A stretch of DNA of 64,000 nt from assembly GCA_963666835.2 (NCBI GenBank), contig CAXXGO010000006.1, positions 608,001 through 672,000 of the forward strand, written 5' to 3'. Each line of letters begins with the position of its first letter. Positions within the stretch are counted from its first letter, which is position 1. The position numbers were made by a program, and so were the translations under genes. The notes below the pieces were generated by a model that had not been told where the DNA came from, did no database searches, and saw only the letters and a program-made list of their open reading frames with translations. Below are positions 53,114 through 62,221 of the stretch, piece after piece. The stretch is from Phycisphaerae bacterium. GTDB lineage: Bacteria > Planctomycetota > Phycisphaerae > UBA1845.

Positions 53114-54325
53114 ATGGATGTGACTCAGACGGAGAGAGTGGTGGACAAGTCCCGAGCCGTACGGCGGGCGGGCGGTTCGCTCATGCCGATAGACTTGTCG
53201 GCTGAAGCGGGCAACTCCCCGGTCATCGCTCGGGGGAAAGGGGCCGTCGTTACGGACGTCGACGGCAACGAGTATGTCGACCTTACCGGCGGAGGCGGCG
53301 TTCTCGGGCATGCGGACGAACGCATCACCGCCGCAATCAGCAAGACCGCCTCGAAGGGCTACCTTGTCGGTGACATGACTGAGACGCAAGTGCGCCTGGC
53401 TGAACTGGTCGCCAGTTGCTTCCCCGCCGTCGACGTTGTGCGCTTTGTGGACTCCCCGGTCCAGGCGCTGCTTGAATCCGCTTTCCTGGCACGAACTCAT
53501 ACGGGCCGGACCCGAATAATCACCGTGGGCGCCGGCCTGCCCGATTATCTGCGCAGGATTGTCGACTACGAAAGTGATGCGCCGCAGCCGGGGAGCTTCG
53601 CCTACGGCGATGCCGCGGCGGTAAGGAAGTTGCTGAACGAATGCGGTGGTGAGGTCGCGGCCGTGCTCGTTGAACCTCTGGCAACGCATTCCGGGCTAAT
53701 GACGCCCCCCGACGAGTTCCTTCCCGCTTTGCGGACACTCTGCGACGCGCACGGGGCGATGCTCGTGTTTGACGAAACCGCTACGGCCTTTTGCACCGGC
53801 CCGGGCGCAACCCCGACGGCCGGGGGCGTGCTCCCCGATCTGACGGTCCTGAGCTGCAACGTCGCGGGCGGATTACCTTTGGCCGCCTACGGCGGGAAGA
53901 AGAGCGGGCCGATCGGCGCCACCGGCTCGGGAGTCTCGAGTCAGTTGGGTGCCCGGTCGCAAAACGTGCTGGCGATGGCGGCCGGCGTTGCCGCCCTGCA
54001 ATCCGTTGGGGAGCTGGGGTTCTTCACCGAACTTGTGGCCAAGGCGGCTTGTTTGGAGGAGGGCCTTCGATCGGTCGCGGCCGATTATCCCATTCGGATC
54101 GAGCGGGCGGGAAGCCTGCTGGCTTTTGAGTACTCGGACACCGCCGGCGGTACCGGTCCGCCGGATCGGTTCCATGGTTCGATGTTGAACCGGGGCGTGT
54201 TATTGCCGGGCTTGGCGAAGGCTCCCTGGAGAATCTCGGCAGCTCATACCGACGAGCAGATCGACCGAGTGGTCGAAGCTGTTCAGGAGTGCCTGAAAAG
54301 GACCGGTAAGAGCGAAACCGAGTAG
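53114..54325 (+). CDS. Glutamate-1-semialdehyde aminomutase (HemL)-like protein lacking the PLP lysine
   Basis: DVDGNEYVD, LVFDE, PDLTVLSCNVAGGLP where canonical is PDLTTLGKIIGGGLP; ISAAHT. Confidence 0.8.
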   Translation: MDVTQTERVVDKSRAVRRAGGSLMPIDLSAEAGNSPVIARGKGAVVTDVDGNEYVDLTGGGGVLGHADERITAAISKTASKGYLVGDMTETQVRLAELVASCFPAVDVVRFVDSPVQALLESAFLARTHTGRTRIITVGAGLPDYLRRIVDYESDAPQPGSFAYGDAAAVRKLLNECGGEVAAVLVEPLATHSGLMTPPDEFLPALRTLCDAHGAMLVFDETATAFCTGPGATPTAGGVLPDLTVLSCNVAGGLPLAAYGGKKSGPIGATGSGVSSQLGARSQNVLAMAAGVAALQSVGELGFFTELVAKAACLEEGLRSVAADYPIRIERAGSLLAFEYSDTAGGTGPPDRFHGSMLNRGVLLPGLAKAPWRISAAHTDEQIDRVVEAVQECLKRTGKSETE

Positions 54326-54551
54326 CGGGATGCTCCCGGTGGTCCCGGCCTCCATCCTGAAGACGGCCCCGACGATACCATGTTCGTGAGGGCACCCGCA
54401 GGTGGGATCCGGGGAGAACCCGCATCCGTTTCCGTCGTAGTATTTGTTGTCCGGGCATACGCGGTCCACTAGCGCGCGAGTGCCGCACTGGGCGGCGGGG
54501 CGGATTCCGGAAGTTGACCCCTTTGTTTGCTCTTAGCGAGGGATATAGCGA

Positions 54552-56033
54552 ATGTTGAGACGGACACTGCCGCAGGGGCTGGCGATCGTTTTCGCGCTAA
54601 TGGCCGCCTATTTCAGTTTCAACCTGTTAGTCAAGCACATCCGCGGGGCTTCCGGCCTCTCCTGGTTCGAGGCCACCTGCGAAGCCGGCGGTTCCGAAAG
54701 CGGCGGGGCGAACTGTGACGCAGTCCTGGCGACGCCATTCAGTTACTTGCCGCCGAAATACGAAGGGGATCCGCCCGATAAGTACGTCTTCGGCGGCATC
54801 GGCTTTCAGTTTCCCGCGGCCTTCCTCGGCATGGTCTATTACTCGGGCTTAGCGCTGTGGTTCGTAGGCATCGGACGTCCGGCACGCTCCCGGCGCTGGG
54901 TCCTTCTCACTCCGATGATCGTAATATCGCTGGGCCTGCTCAGCTCCGCCTTCTTTACCTATCTGATGTTCTTCACGGACCTCGAGCAGTGGTGCCCGTG
55001 GTGCATGGTTACGCATGTGCTCAATGTTTTTATAGCGGTTTGCCTGGTGTTCATGTGGCCGAGAGCGACGGAAGAAGAGAAGGATTCGGACCCCGATGAA
55101 GTCGCCGAACACCACCCGCCACAGGGACAGTGGTCCCAACACCCCTCGTCTCGCTTGGTTCTAATGACGGTTCTTGCCATCCTGCTCGTGGCTTTCGGGC
55201 AGTTGCAGCTCATGGGCCGGTCAATCCTGAGCAAGAACGCCAAAGCGATCGAGGGCCAGTACAAGCGCTTGCTGGCCGAGGTGCGGTCCATTCAGAAAGA
55301 CGGCGCCAAACTCGTCCGGCAATGGAAGTCGGCCGAGGCGCACGAGATTCCGATTCGCGCCGACGACCCCATCTGGCGGTCTCCCGAATCGAAGCACGCT
55401 CCGATGACCGTGGTCGTTTTCAGCGACATGGAGTGTCCGGCCTGCAAGTCGTTTTGCCACTTCCTGCACGACAAGGTCCAACCGTTGTTCGACAACAACC
55501 TGGCGATCGTTTTCAGGCATTATCCCCTGGACCCCAGGTGCAATCCGTACGTCAGCAAGAAAGTCCATCCGCACGCGTGTTACGGCACACGCTTGGCGGA
55601 GGCAGCCCGGATCTTGTCCGGTAACGACGGCTTCTGGAAGGTACACGATTATCTCTACGATAACTCGGCGCGTCTGCGGCGCGCGCAGGTGACTCCGGAC
55701 GAGATCGCCGAACTTCTGCAAGTGGATCTGCCCACCCTGCGCGAGACGATGGAGTCCGAAGCGATCACGGCACGCATCAAAGAAGATTGCGACAAGGCCA
55801 ACGAACTCGAGTTGCGCGGCACCCCCGCGGCGTATATCAGTGGACGCCCGGTCGGCCTGTTACACTCGCGGGAGATCAACTTCTGGGATAAGATGGCGGA
55901 CCTTTACTGGGCCAGTATCAAAGTGCCCCGACCCGAATCCACCGTACTCTATCGGCCGGAAGACGCAGCGGCGGCCCCGCAGTTACCGGAGGAGGCTACT
56001 CCAGATAACCCAGGTCGGCCAGCCGGTCCGTAA
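54552..56033 (+). CDS. VKOR-family protein fused to a DsbA/thioredoxin domain
   Basis: VKOR loop Cys pair plus CPWC in the TM region; DsbA domain with CPAC, RHYPL and GTP cis-Pro. Confidence 0.9.
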   Translation: MLRRTLPQGLAIVFALMAAYFSFNLLVKHIRGASGLSWFEATCEAGGSESGGANCDAVLATPFSYLPPKYEGDPPDKYVFGGIGFQFPAAFLGMVYYSGLALWFVGIGRPARSRRWVLLTPMIVISLGLLSSAFFTYLMFFTDLEQWCPWCMVTHVLNVFIAVCLVFMWPRATEEEKDSDPDEVAEHHPPQGQWSQHPSSRLVLMTVLAILLVAFGQLQLMGRSILSKNAKAIEGQYKRLLAEVRSIQKDGAKLVRQWKSAEAHEIPIRADDPIWRSPESKHAPMTVVVFSDMECPACKSFCHFLHDKVQPLFDNNLAIVFRHYPLDPRCNPYVSKKVHPHACYGTRLAEAARILSGNDGFWKVHDYLYDNSARLRRAQVTPDEIAELLQVDLPTLRETMESEAITARIKEDCDKANELELRGTPAAYISGRPVGLLHSREINFWDKMADLYWASIKVPRPESTVLYRPEDAAAAPQLPEEATPDNPGRPAGP

Positions 56034-57666
56034 CCTGCTGCAGGTCTTCTTCGGAATAGGCCTCGCCGTCCGTGGCGTCGGCGGTTGCCGCTCGAGCGGT
56101 CTCGGTCTCAATGATCGGCGGCGTAGCGAAGGCCTCGGTAACCACCCTGCCCTCCATGTCGTCGGGAATGCGCAAACCGAGCAGCGTCATAATCGTCGGG
56201 GCACAATCTACAAGGTGACAATCAACCGTCACTCCCTTGGCAATCCCCGGCCCGCACGCCGTGAACACGCCGTTGGGGCGATGGGTACCCTCCAACCGGC
56301 GAAACGGCAGCCATTGCACCGGTTTCCGGCCGCGGATCTTACGCACCACCGCCAGCGAATCATGCGGCGTGAGAATCAGATCCGGAAGCCACGGCTGGCT
56401 CTTGCGAGTGCATCCGTAAAGCTCCTCCGGTTTGTGCGCGGCGCTGAAGAGCTGCACGGTTCGCCCCTGCGGGTCTCGCACCGCACATTCCTCGCCCAGA
56501 AAACGGTCGCGCAGTTCATCTCGCAGAGAGTCGTATTCCGCTTGAGGGACGATTCCGGTGGGTTGGCGACCCTCGAGGTTCAAGTATAGGAACCCGGCCA
56601 TACCGGCATGCATCACACACGCCTTCGTTTTTGCGAAGTCAACCGCCAGGTCGTGCCCGATATCTCCGGTTCGGGCGAACCGCTTCGTCCGCCCCCGCCA
56701 GCGGTCCCACATATACCGACCCCGCGTTGCCTTCTGGGCGGCTCCGCCACGCAGAACCAGGTATCCCCACTGCTGCAGCAGGAGGTTGGGCTGTACCTTG
56801 CCCTCCAGACTGCCGTGGCCGTGGTCGGACACGATCATCACGGCCGCGCGGTGGTCTTCCGCATAATCAAGCAGCGTTCCGAGTGCCCGGTCGGCCTCGT
56901 GGAAGCACTGCTTGGCGAGGTCGCGGCGGTGCGGGTTGCGGTCCGACCAGCGCGGGTCGAGATATCGCCAGGTCTTGTGCTGGAGGTTGTCGGTGAGTTT
57001 GAACACCACCATTAACGCATCCCACCCGAGCTCGTCGCCCAACCAGGTCGTCATCTCGGCGCCCTGGTGGAAGCTGCGCGACATGTAGGCGATGTTCTCC
57101 GCAAACAGCCGATCTCCCCAAAAGGTCTTGCGCCGCCATTTGGACCGCAGCGTCGGGTCCGGCCAGCGCTGAAGGATCTGGGGTTTGAGTTCCGGTGGGT
57201 AGACAAAGTCCGAGTCCGGACCGGGGGTTTCAAACCCACTGACCAAGAACCCGTTTACGGGAATCGGCGGATAGGTCATCGGGACGTTGACGCTCCCGAC
57301 CTTCAGGCCTTTATCGCTGAGAATCTGCCAGAGGTTCCGCACGTGCTCGAGGCACCGGGTGCTGTTCATCTCCAGTTGGTTCGTATTAACGTCGTAACGC
57401 TCGAAGTCGATGATCCCGTGGGAGCCCGGCTGCTTTCCCGTCAAGAAGGTCGTCCAAGCCGCCGGGGTGATCGGCGGGACCGTCGAGTGCAACGTCCCCG
57501 CCGCCCCCGACTCCACGGCTTCGCGCAGCCGCGGCATGTGCCCCTCGGCCATAAGCGGGTTCAGCACATCGAACGTTGCCCCGTCCAGTCCGACAACGAG
57601 CACGCGCTCGGCGCCGGCGGGCAGATCGCGTTCCCCAGCAGGTGTGTTCATGATATCCTCCAACAC
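55996..57666 (-). CDS. Alkaline phosphatase superfamily / type I phosphodiesterase-like protein
   Basis: GLDGAT, STVPPITPAAW, HGIIDF, SDHG, C-terminal RLADLGY; start at 57666 or 57651. Confidence 0.88.
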   Translation of the reverse strand: MLEDIMNTPAGERDLPAGAERVLVVGLDGATFDVLNPLMAEGHMPRLREAVESGAAGTLHSTVPPITPAAWTTFLTGKQPGSHGIIDFERYDVNTNQLEMNSTRCLEHVRNLWQILSDKGLKVGSVNVPMTYPPIPVNGFLVSGFETPGPDSDFVYPPELKPQILQRWPDPTLRSKWRRKTFWGDRLFAENIAYMSRSFHQGAEMTTWLGDELGWDALMVVFKLTDNLQHKTWRYLDPRWSDRNPHRRDLAKQCFHEADRALGTLLDYAEDHRAAVMIVSDHGHGSLEGKVQPNLLLQQWGYLVLRGGAAQKATRGRYMWDRWRGRTKRFARTGDIGHDLAVDFAKTKACVMHAGMAGFLYLNLEGRQPTGIVPQAEYDSLRDELRDRFLGEECAVRDPQGRTVQLFSAAHKPEELYGCTRKSQPWLPDLILTPHDSLAVVRKIRGRKPVQWLPFRRLEGTHRPNGVFTACGPGIAKGVTVDCHLVDCAPTIMTLLGLRIPDDMEGRVVTEAFATPPIIETETARAATADATDGEAYSEEDLQQVTDRLADLGYLE

Positions 57667-57973
57667 CTCTCCCGAGCACGGGCCCGGGGTAAGTGCTCCG
57701 AACCTCGGGTCGTTATCCGCCCGGCCCCGTTCTCAAGGCCGGGGAGTCTAGTGATCGGCCTTGACGTTTGCAACGTGGCGACCGTACGACTATATACGCT
57801 AGCAGCTTCCGGGCCACTCGTGGTATCGTGCCCGGTGTGAACAGTACCCCCAGCGTCGGTCGCAACCGTTGCACTGTCCGTCGGAACGTGCGGCAAAGCG
57901 GCCCGGAAACGCAGCATCAGGTTTTGTTAGCACCCTCGCTGGCCCTACTTGGCGGCGGCGGAGTCGAGATACA

Positions 57974-58750
57974 ATGAAGATCATTCGCCACCCCAGCGTT
58001 TACCTCATCGGTCGCCAGATGTTGGACGAAGAGGAGGTCCGGCGCTTCCTCAAGGACCACGACGTGCCGGATTGGAATACCGACACAACCGTCGCCGGCG
58101 AAGTGCTGCCGGAAATCGCCGGCCGGCTGTGCTACATGAGCTTTGCGAAGCCCAGGCCGGGTGGAAACAAGGCGTATCTGGACCACATCAAAGATGTGGG
58201 GCACGGCAGCGTACTCGAACACACGGTTTGGGATTTCATCATTACGGGCGTCTCGCGCTCGTTCACGCATGAGCTGGTCCGCCACCGGGCCGGATTCGGG
58301 TACTCCCAGTTGTCCCAGAGGTACGTCGACGAGTCCGTGGCGGACTTCATCGAGCCGGACTGCATCGCATCCGACCCGGAGCTTCACGAAACCTGGCGGG
58401 CGGCCGTAGAATCCGCCCAGGAGGCGTATGTGAAGTTGGTAAACGGGCTGAATCGGCGGTTCGAAGGGATCGAGGACAAGACGCTCCGCCGGAAGATGGC
58501 TCGCCAGGCAGCCCGGTCCGTGCTCCCCAACGCCACCGAGACCAAGATCTTCGTCAGCGCGAACGCCCGAGCCCTTCGACATTTCATCGAGCTGAGGTGC
58601 AACGAACACGCCGAGACGGAGATCCGCGCGGTCGCCGGGCAGATGCTCGACATTCTCCGCCGGGAAGCCCCCGGCATTTTCGGGGACTACGAGGATCTGA
58701 TGCTCCCCGACGGTTCTCGAGCCGCCAGAACCGCAAGTCAGAAGGTGTGA
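57974..58750 (+). CDS. thyX: FAD-dependent thymidylate synthase
   Basis: GHGSVLEH, ELVRHR..SQLSQRY, ARSVLPNA, HAETEIR. Confidence 0.95.
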   Translation: MKIIRHPSVYLIGRQMLDEEEVRRFLKDHDVPDWNTDTTVAGEVLPEIAGRLCYMSFAKPRPGGNKAYLDHIKDVGHGSVLEHTVWDFIITGVSRSFTHELVRHRAGFGYSQLSQRYVDESVADFIEPDCIASDPELHETWRAAVESAQEAYVKLVNGLNRRFEGIEDKTLRRKMARQAARSVLPNATETKIFVSANARALRHFIELRCNEHAETEIRAVAGQMLDILRREAPGIFGDYEDLMLPDGSRAARTASQKV

Positions 58751-58841
58751 GCAGTTCTCGCCGCACTCGCCGGCGAGGGCTGTCTTGGATAACATGCCCG
58801 ATGCCATGTTCCCGCGGAGGGGAGAGGTGTAAGCCTCGCTT

Positions 58842-58856
58842 TGGCATGCGACGTGC
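58842..58856 (+). promoter_or_regulatory. Possible sigma54 -24/-12 promoter
   Basis: TGGCAT-N5-GTGC, GG and GC correctly spaced, upstream of the class III aminotransferase. Confidence 0.35.
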
Positions 58857-58988
58857 CCTATTCTCGGGGTCGGGACTCTACCTGTCCGCAGGCAATTGGC
58901 GTGATGACGGTCTGCTGGCCGATGATTGGGGGAACGGCTGACGCTGTGCCCCCAGGCGGGACTGCGGAGTCCGTTCGAGGAAAAGAAG

Positions 58989-60308
58989 ATGCTGGGAATC
59001 AAGCCACAAGACAGACCGGACCGCGAGGGGGCTCGCTGGATCGGTCCGGCTCCGTGGATTCAAACGGCTCTGCCCGGACCGGATGCGGCCGTGGTGATAG
59101 ACCGCGATAGGCGGGTAAGTTCACACTCCTACAGCGAAGCTCTCCCGCTCGTGGTGCGTCGGGGTCACGGTTCGGTGCTCGAAGACGTCGACGGAAACCG
59201 TTTCCTGGATTTCGGTGCAGGTACTGCGGTATGCGCAACCGGGCATTGCCACCCGAGGGTGGCTGCCGCCGCCGAAGCGCAGCTTCACTCGCTGATTCAC
59301 ATTCCCGGACACGATTTCCATTATCCGATTGCCACGGAGGTAATGGAACGTCTCGTCTCAATCACCCCCGGAACGGAGCCCAAGCGCGTCCTGTTGACCA
59401 ACAGTGGCGCAGAAGCGGTTGAGGCGGCGATCAAGCTGGCGTGGCATCACACCGGGCGCAAGGGCATAATCGCGTTTCGAGGTGCGGACCATGGGCGTAC
59501 TATGGGGGCTCTCACCGTTACCTGCTCGAAGGTCGAGCAGTGGGAAGGGGCCCCGCTCCAATCCGTAGTCGAACACGTGCCCTTCGGAGATGTCGAAGCG
59601 CTGGAGACCCACGTCCTGCGCGGCAAACTGCCGACGAAAGACGTGGCCGCCATTTTCGTCGAAGCCATTCAGGGCGAAGGCGGCTATAACGTGCCCGCGC
59701 CGGAGTTTCTGCCTCGCTTGCGGTCCCTGTGTGACGAGCATGGGATTCTGCTGATTTGCGATGAGATTCAATCCGGAGTCGGGCGGACCGGGAAGTGGTT
59801 TGCCTTCGAGCATTTCGGCGTTGTGCCCGATGTCGTTCTGCTGGCCAAAGGGATTGCCAGCGGCATGCCGCTCGGAGCGGTTGTTTCGAAAGCCGCGGTC
59901 ACGGACTGGCCCAACGGGCCGCAACGCAGTACCTTCGCCGGCAGCCCGGTGAGCTGCGCTGCGGCACTGGCGACACTCGATCTCGTCGAATCCGGGTACA
60001 TGGCCAACGCCGCTCGTCTGGGTGTCATTCTCAAAGACGCTTTGACCGACATAGCAGGTAAGACCAAAGTCTTATCCAACGTGCGCGGTCTCGGGCTGAT
60101 GTGCGGAGTGGACACCATCAACCGCAAGACCGGCAAGGCGGATGTGCGGCTCCGGCGAAGGTTATTGTACAGTTGCTTCGAGCGCGGGCTTTTACTTCTG
60201 CCCTGCGGCGAATCCGGAATCCGCTTCTGTCCCCCCATGTGCATCAACGAAGCCCAACTGGACGTAGGCCTGAAGGTATTCACCGAAGGCGTAGCGACAG
60301 TTACCTGA
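58989..60308 (+). CDS. Class III aminotransferase (GABA/acetylornithine type)
   Basis: NSGAEAVEAA, HGRT, IQGEGG, DEIQSG, LAKG (PLP Lys present). Confidence 0.92.
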   Translation: MLGIKPQDRPDREGARWIGPAPWIQTALPGPDAAVVIDRDRRVSSHSYSEALPLVVRRGHGSVLEDVDGNRFLDFGAGTAVCATGHCHPRVAAAAEAQLHSLIHIPGHDFHYPIATEVMERLVSITPGTEPKRVLLTNSGAEAVEAAIKLAWHHTGRKGIIAFRGADHGRTMGALTVTCSKVEQWEGAPLQSVVEHVPFGDVEALETHVLRGKLPTKDVAAIFVEAIQGEGGYNVPAPEFLPRLRSLCDEHGILLICDEIQSGVGRTGKWFAFEHFGVVPDVVLLAKGIASGMPLGAVVSKAAVTDWPNGPQRSTFAGSPVSCAAALATLDLVESGYMANAARLGVILKDALTDIAGKTKVLSNVRGLGLMCGVDTINRKTGKADVRLRRRLLYSCFERGLLLLPCGESGIRFCPPMCINEAQLDVGLKVFTEGVATVT

Positions 60309-60322
60309 CAGCGGCAACCCTC

Positions 60323-60352
60323 GTAGGGCATGGTCGAGGCACGAGACCTGCC
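60323..60352 (+). repeat. REP class I
   Basis: GTAGGGCATGGTCGAGGCACGAGACCTGCC; flanks shared with the 60520 copy. Confidence 0.85.
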
Positions 60353-60519
60353 ATGGCTGGTGGCATGGACAAGCGTAGCTCGTGCGCAATTCAGCTCGCC
60401 GTACGCTCGGGGATTACGCGTTGCCGGCATGGACGCTTGCAGCTTGGCCGTGGACGCCCGCGACGTGTGACACTCCACGGGTCAACAAGCTGACCCATGC
60501 CACCGAGGTGGCAGCCCTC

Positions 60520-60688
60520 GTAGGGCATGGTCGAGGTACGAGACCTGCCATGGTGGGTGCGTGTGCGAGCGTAGGCGGCGCGGCGCGCACCAAGGCATGC
60601 CCACATGACGGCGTCATGGCATGATGTCGACACGTCTTCGCGCAAAAGACGATGTGGTGGCAGGTCTCGTTCCTCGACCGTGCCCTAC
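60520..60688. repeat. REPIN-like inverted pair of class I REPs
   Basis: Plus copy 60520-60549 and minus copy 60659-60688. Confidence 0.8.
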
Positions 60689-60734
60689 AACCGCCGATGA
60701 CGGGCTGCCCATGCCGCCGGCGTCATCGATCATA

Positions 60735-60758
60735 CTGCAGGCCGGATGCTTGCGCTAC
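60735..60758 (-). repeat. REP-like palindrome class II
   Basis: Minus strand reads GTAGCGCAAGCATCCGGCCTGCAG. Confidence 0.6.
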
Positions 60759-61073
60759 TGTGCGACCCGCCGGTCGCGCGCCGCGCCAAATGCAATCCTA
60801 AGCGGCGACCGGTCGTTCCACCGGCAGGCCCGCCCAGGCCGGGGCCCGGGAATCAGTATTGCGTTTTCAGCGGATTGGTTAGGAGAGGCTCAAAACCGGT
60901 CCTGCTCTGTCTGGATGGACCCCGCCCCGTTTCGCTCCCGCAGGCCGCAGCAGGCCGCCCGCTGGGCACACCGGGGTGCAAGAAAAAGACGGTTGCACTA
61001 GATCGCCGGAAGGCGTAGTCTGAGAGGTGAAGGTCTTGAATCCAGTGCCGTTTCCAGTAAGGTCCTTCATGAA

Positions 61074-61159
61074 CCTCCCCCCTTGCCGAGGGGGGATCGA
61101 GGGGGTCTATTCCGACCGAGCGGAACCTCCCCCAACCCCTCCTCGGTAAGGAGGGGAGG
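61074..61159. repeat. Inverted pair of CCCC..GGGG hairpin repeats (class IV)
   Basis: CCTCCCCCCTTGCCGAGGGGGGA.. and ..CCCCTCCTCGGTAAGGAGGGG in opposite orientations. Confidence 0.55.
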
Positions 61160-61220
61160 AAGAAACGCAACTACCTTCATGGAAATGGCACCAGGTTGCC
61201 CGGGTTGAGGAGTCGTTCGA

Positions 61221-61724
61221 ATGCGCAAGCCAATGATTGTCGTAGCGATTCTGGGTGTGGTCGGTTTGGCGGTAACGTCCTGCGTATCCTCTCGTGCGAG
61301 AACGTGCGAGCGGCACGAAATGGCGCGCCACGGCGAGAAGTGGATAGACAACGCCCGACTCCGGAAGATCATGCGGGAGCTGGACCACGAAGTATCAACG
61401 TATTGGCCTCAGGGGATCGAGGACAAGTACTCGTCCGCCTGTGCGGCCAAAACCGGGCGCTGTCTCGAGGAAGCCTGCTGGCTCGCTGAAGGACTCGTCA
61501 AAGCGGCGGATAAGATCCCGGCCGCCGTGGCCGGTATCGAGCTTTGTGAAATGGACGAGCGGACCCTTCTGGCGCAAACCGAAGTGCTGCGAGCGCAAGC
61601 TTCGGAACTGGAGGCCGTGGCCTGCGCGTCCAACCTCGACCGAATGCGTCGCGTTCTTATCTCCATCAGAACGACCTGCACCTCGTGCCACGATCGCTTC
61701 CGCGACCCGGCACGCGGTCACTAG
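61221..61724 (+). CDS. Class II cytochrome c (c'/c556-like) lipoprotein
   Basis: Lipobox VTSC; helical; C-terminal CTSCH; GAGGAG RBS. Confidence 0.75.
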   Translation: MRKPMIVVAILGVVGLAVTSCVSSRARTCERHEMARHGEKWIDNARLRKIMRELDHEVSTYWPQGIEDKYSSACAAKTGRCLEEACWLAEGLVKAADKIPAAVAGIELCEMDERTLLAQTEVLRAQASELEAVACASNLDRMRRVLISIRTTCTSCHDRFRDPARGH

Positions 61725-61827
61725 CCGATTGCCCCGAAACACACCGGCCACTCTCTACGCGGGTGTGCCGCTGCTCTTGAGCGATGCAGGATTGTAGTTG
61801 GCGTATGACCTGCCGGTGGCACTCTAT

Positions 61828-62010
61828 GTAGGGCACGGTCGAGGCACGAGACCTGCCGCAGAATCTCGCCTAACACGCGAGGCTGTGCCGCCCCAAAGGG
61901 GTCGAGTACTAGACGGCCGCGCAGTCCTCCAGGACGGGTGGCCCATGGCTTTAGCCGTGGGGGACGCGACGGTATCATCGCGGCAGGTCTCGTACCTCGA
62001 CCTGCCCTAC
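61828..62010. repeat. REPIN-like inverted pair of class I REPs
   Basis: Plus copy 61828-61857 and minus copy 61982-62010, enclosing a class III repeat. Confidence 0.8.
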
Positions 62011-62101
62011 AGGAAGTGACGACTGGATGTCATAACCCAACTCACCGGCCTGTGGAGATTAACGCACGGACGGGTGGCCCATGGCTTTAGCCGTGGGGGA
62101 C
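61932..62101 (+). repeat. Two identical 34-bp class III REP-like repeats
   Basis: GGACGGGTGGCCCATGGCTTTAGCCGTGGGGGAC at 61932-61965 and 62068-62101; GTGG followed by a hairpin. Confidence 0.8.
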
Positions 62102-62221
62102 ACGAGCCCGCCGGTGGATCGCCCCCCCGCCCTACAGACTCCGATGCGATCCCGACCCCATTAGTGTCACCAGGCTTGCACCCTCGTCGTTACACGCATC
62201 CTTTGCCTCAGTCGCAACGCC

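Noticed and set aside
54200..54469. Cys-containing 89-aa minus-strand ORF
   Set aside because: Overlaps the hemL-like gene by about 125 bp, with no clear RBS or family motif; cannot be supported.
57927..57955. CIRCE-like TTAGCACCC upstream of thyX
   Set aside because: Only an imperfect half-site; no GAGTGCTAA arm, and none was seen before hsp20-lon.
60313..60553. Two ~44-bp direct repeats as a CRISPR array
   Set aside because: Only two units about 197 bp apart, inverted copies nearby, dispersed elsewhere in the window, and no cas genes; these are REP-like.
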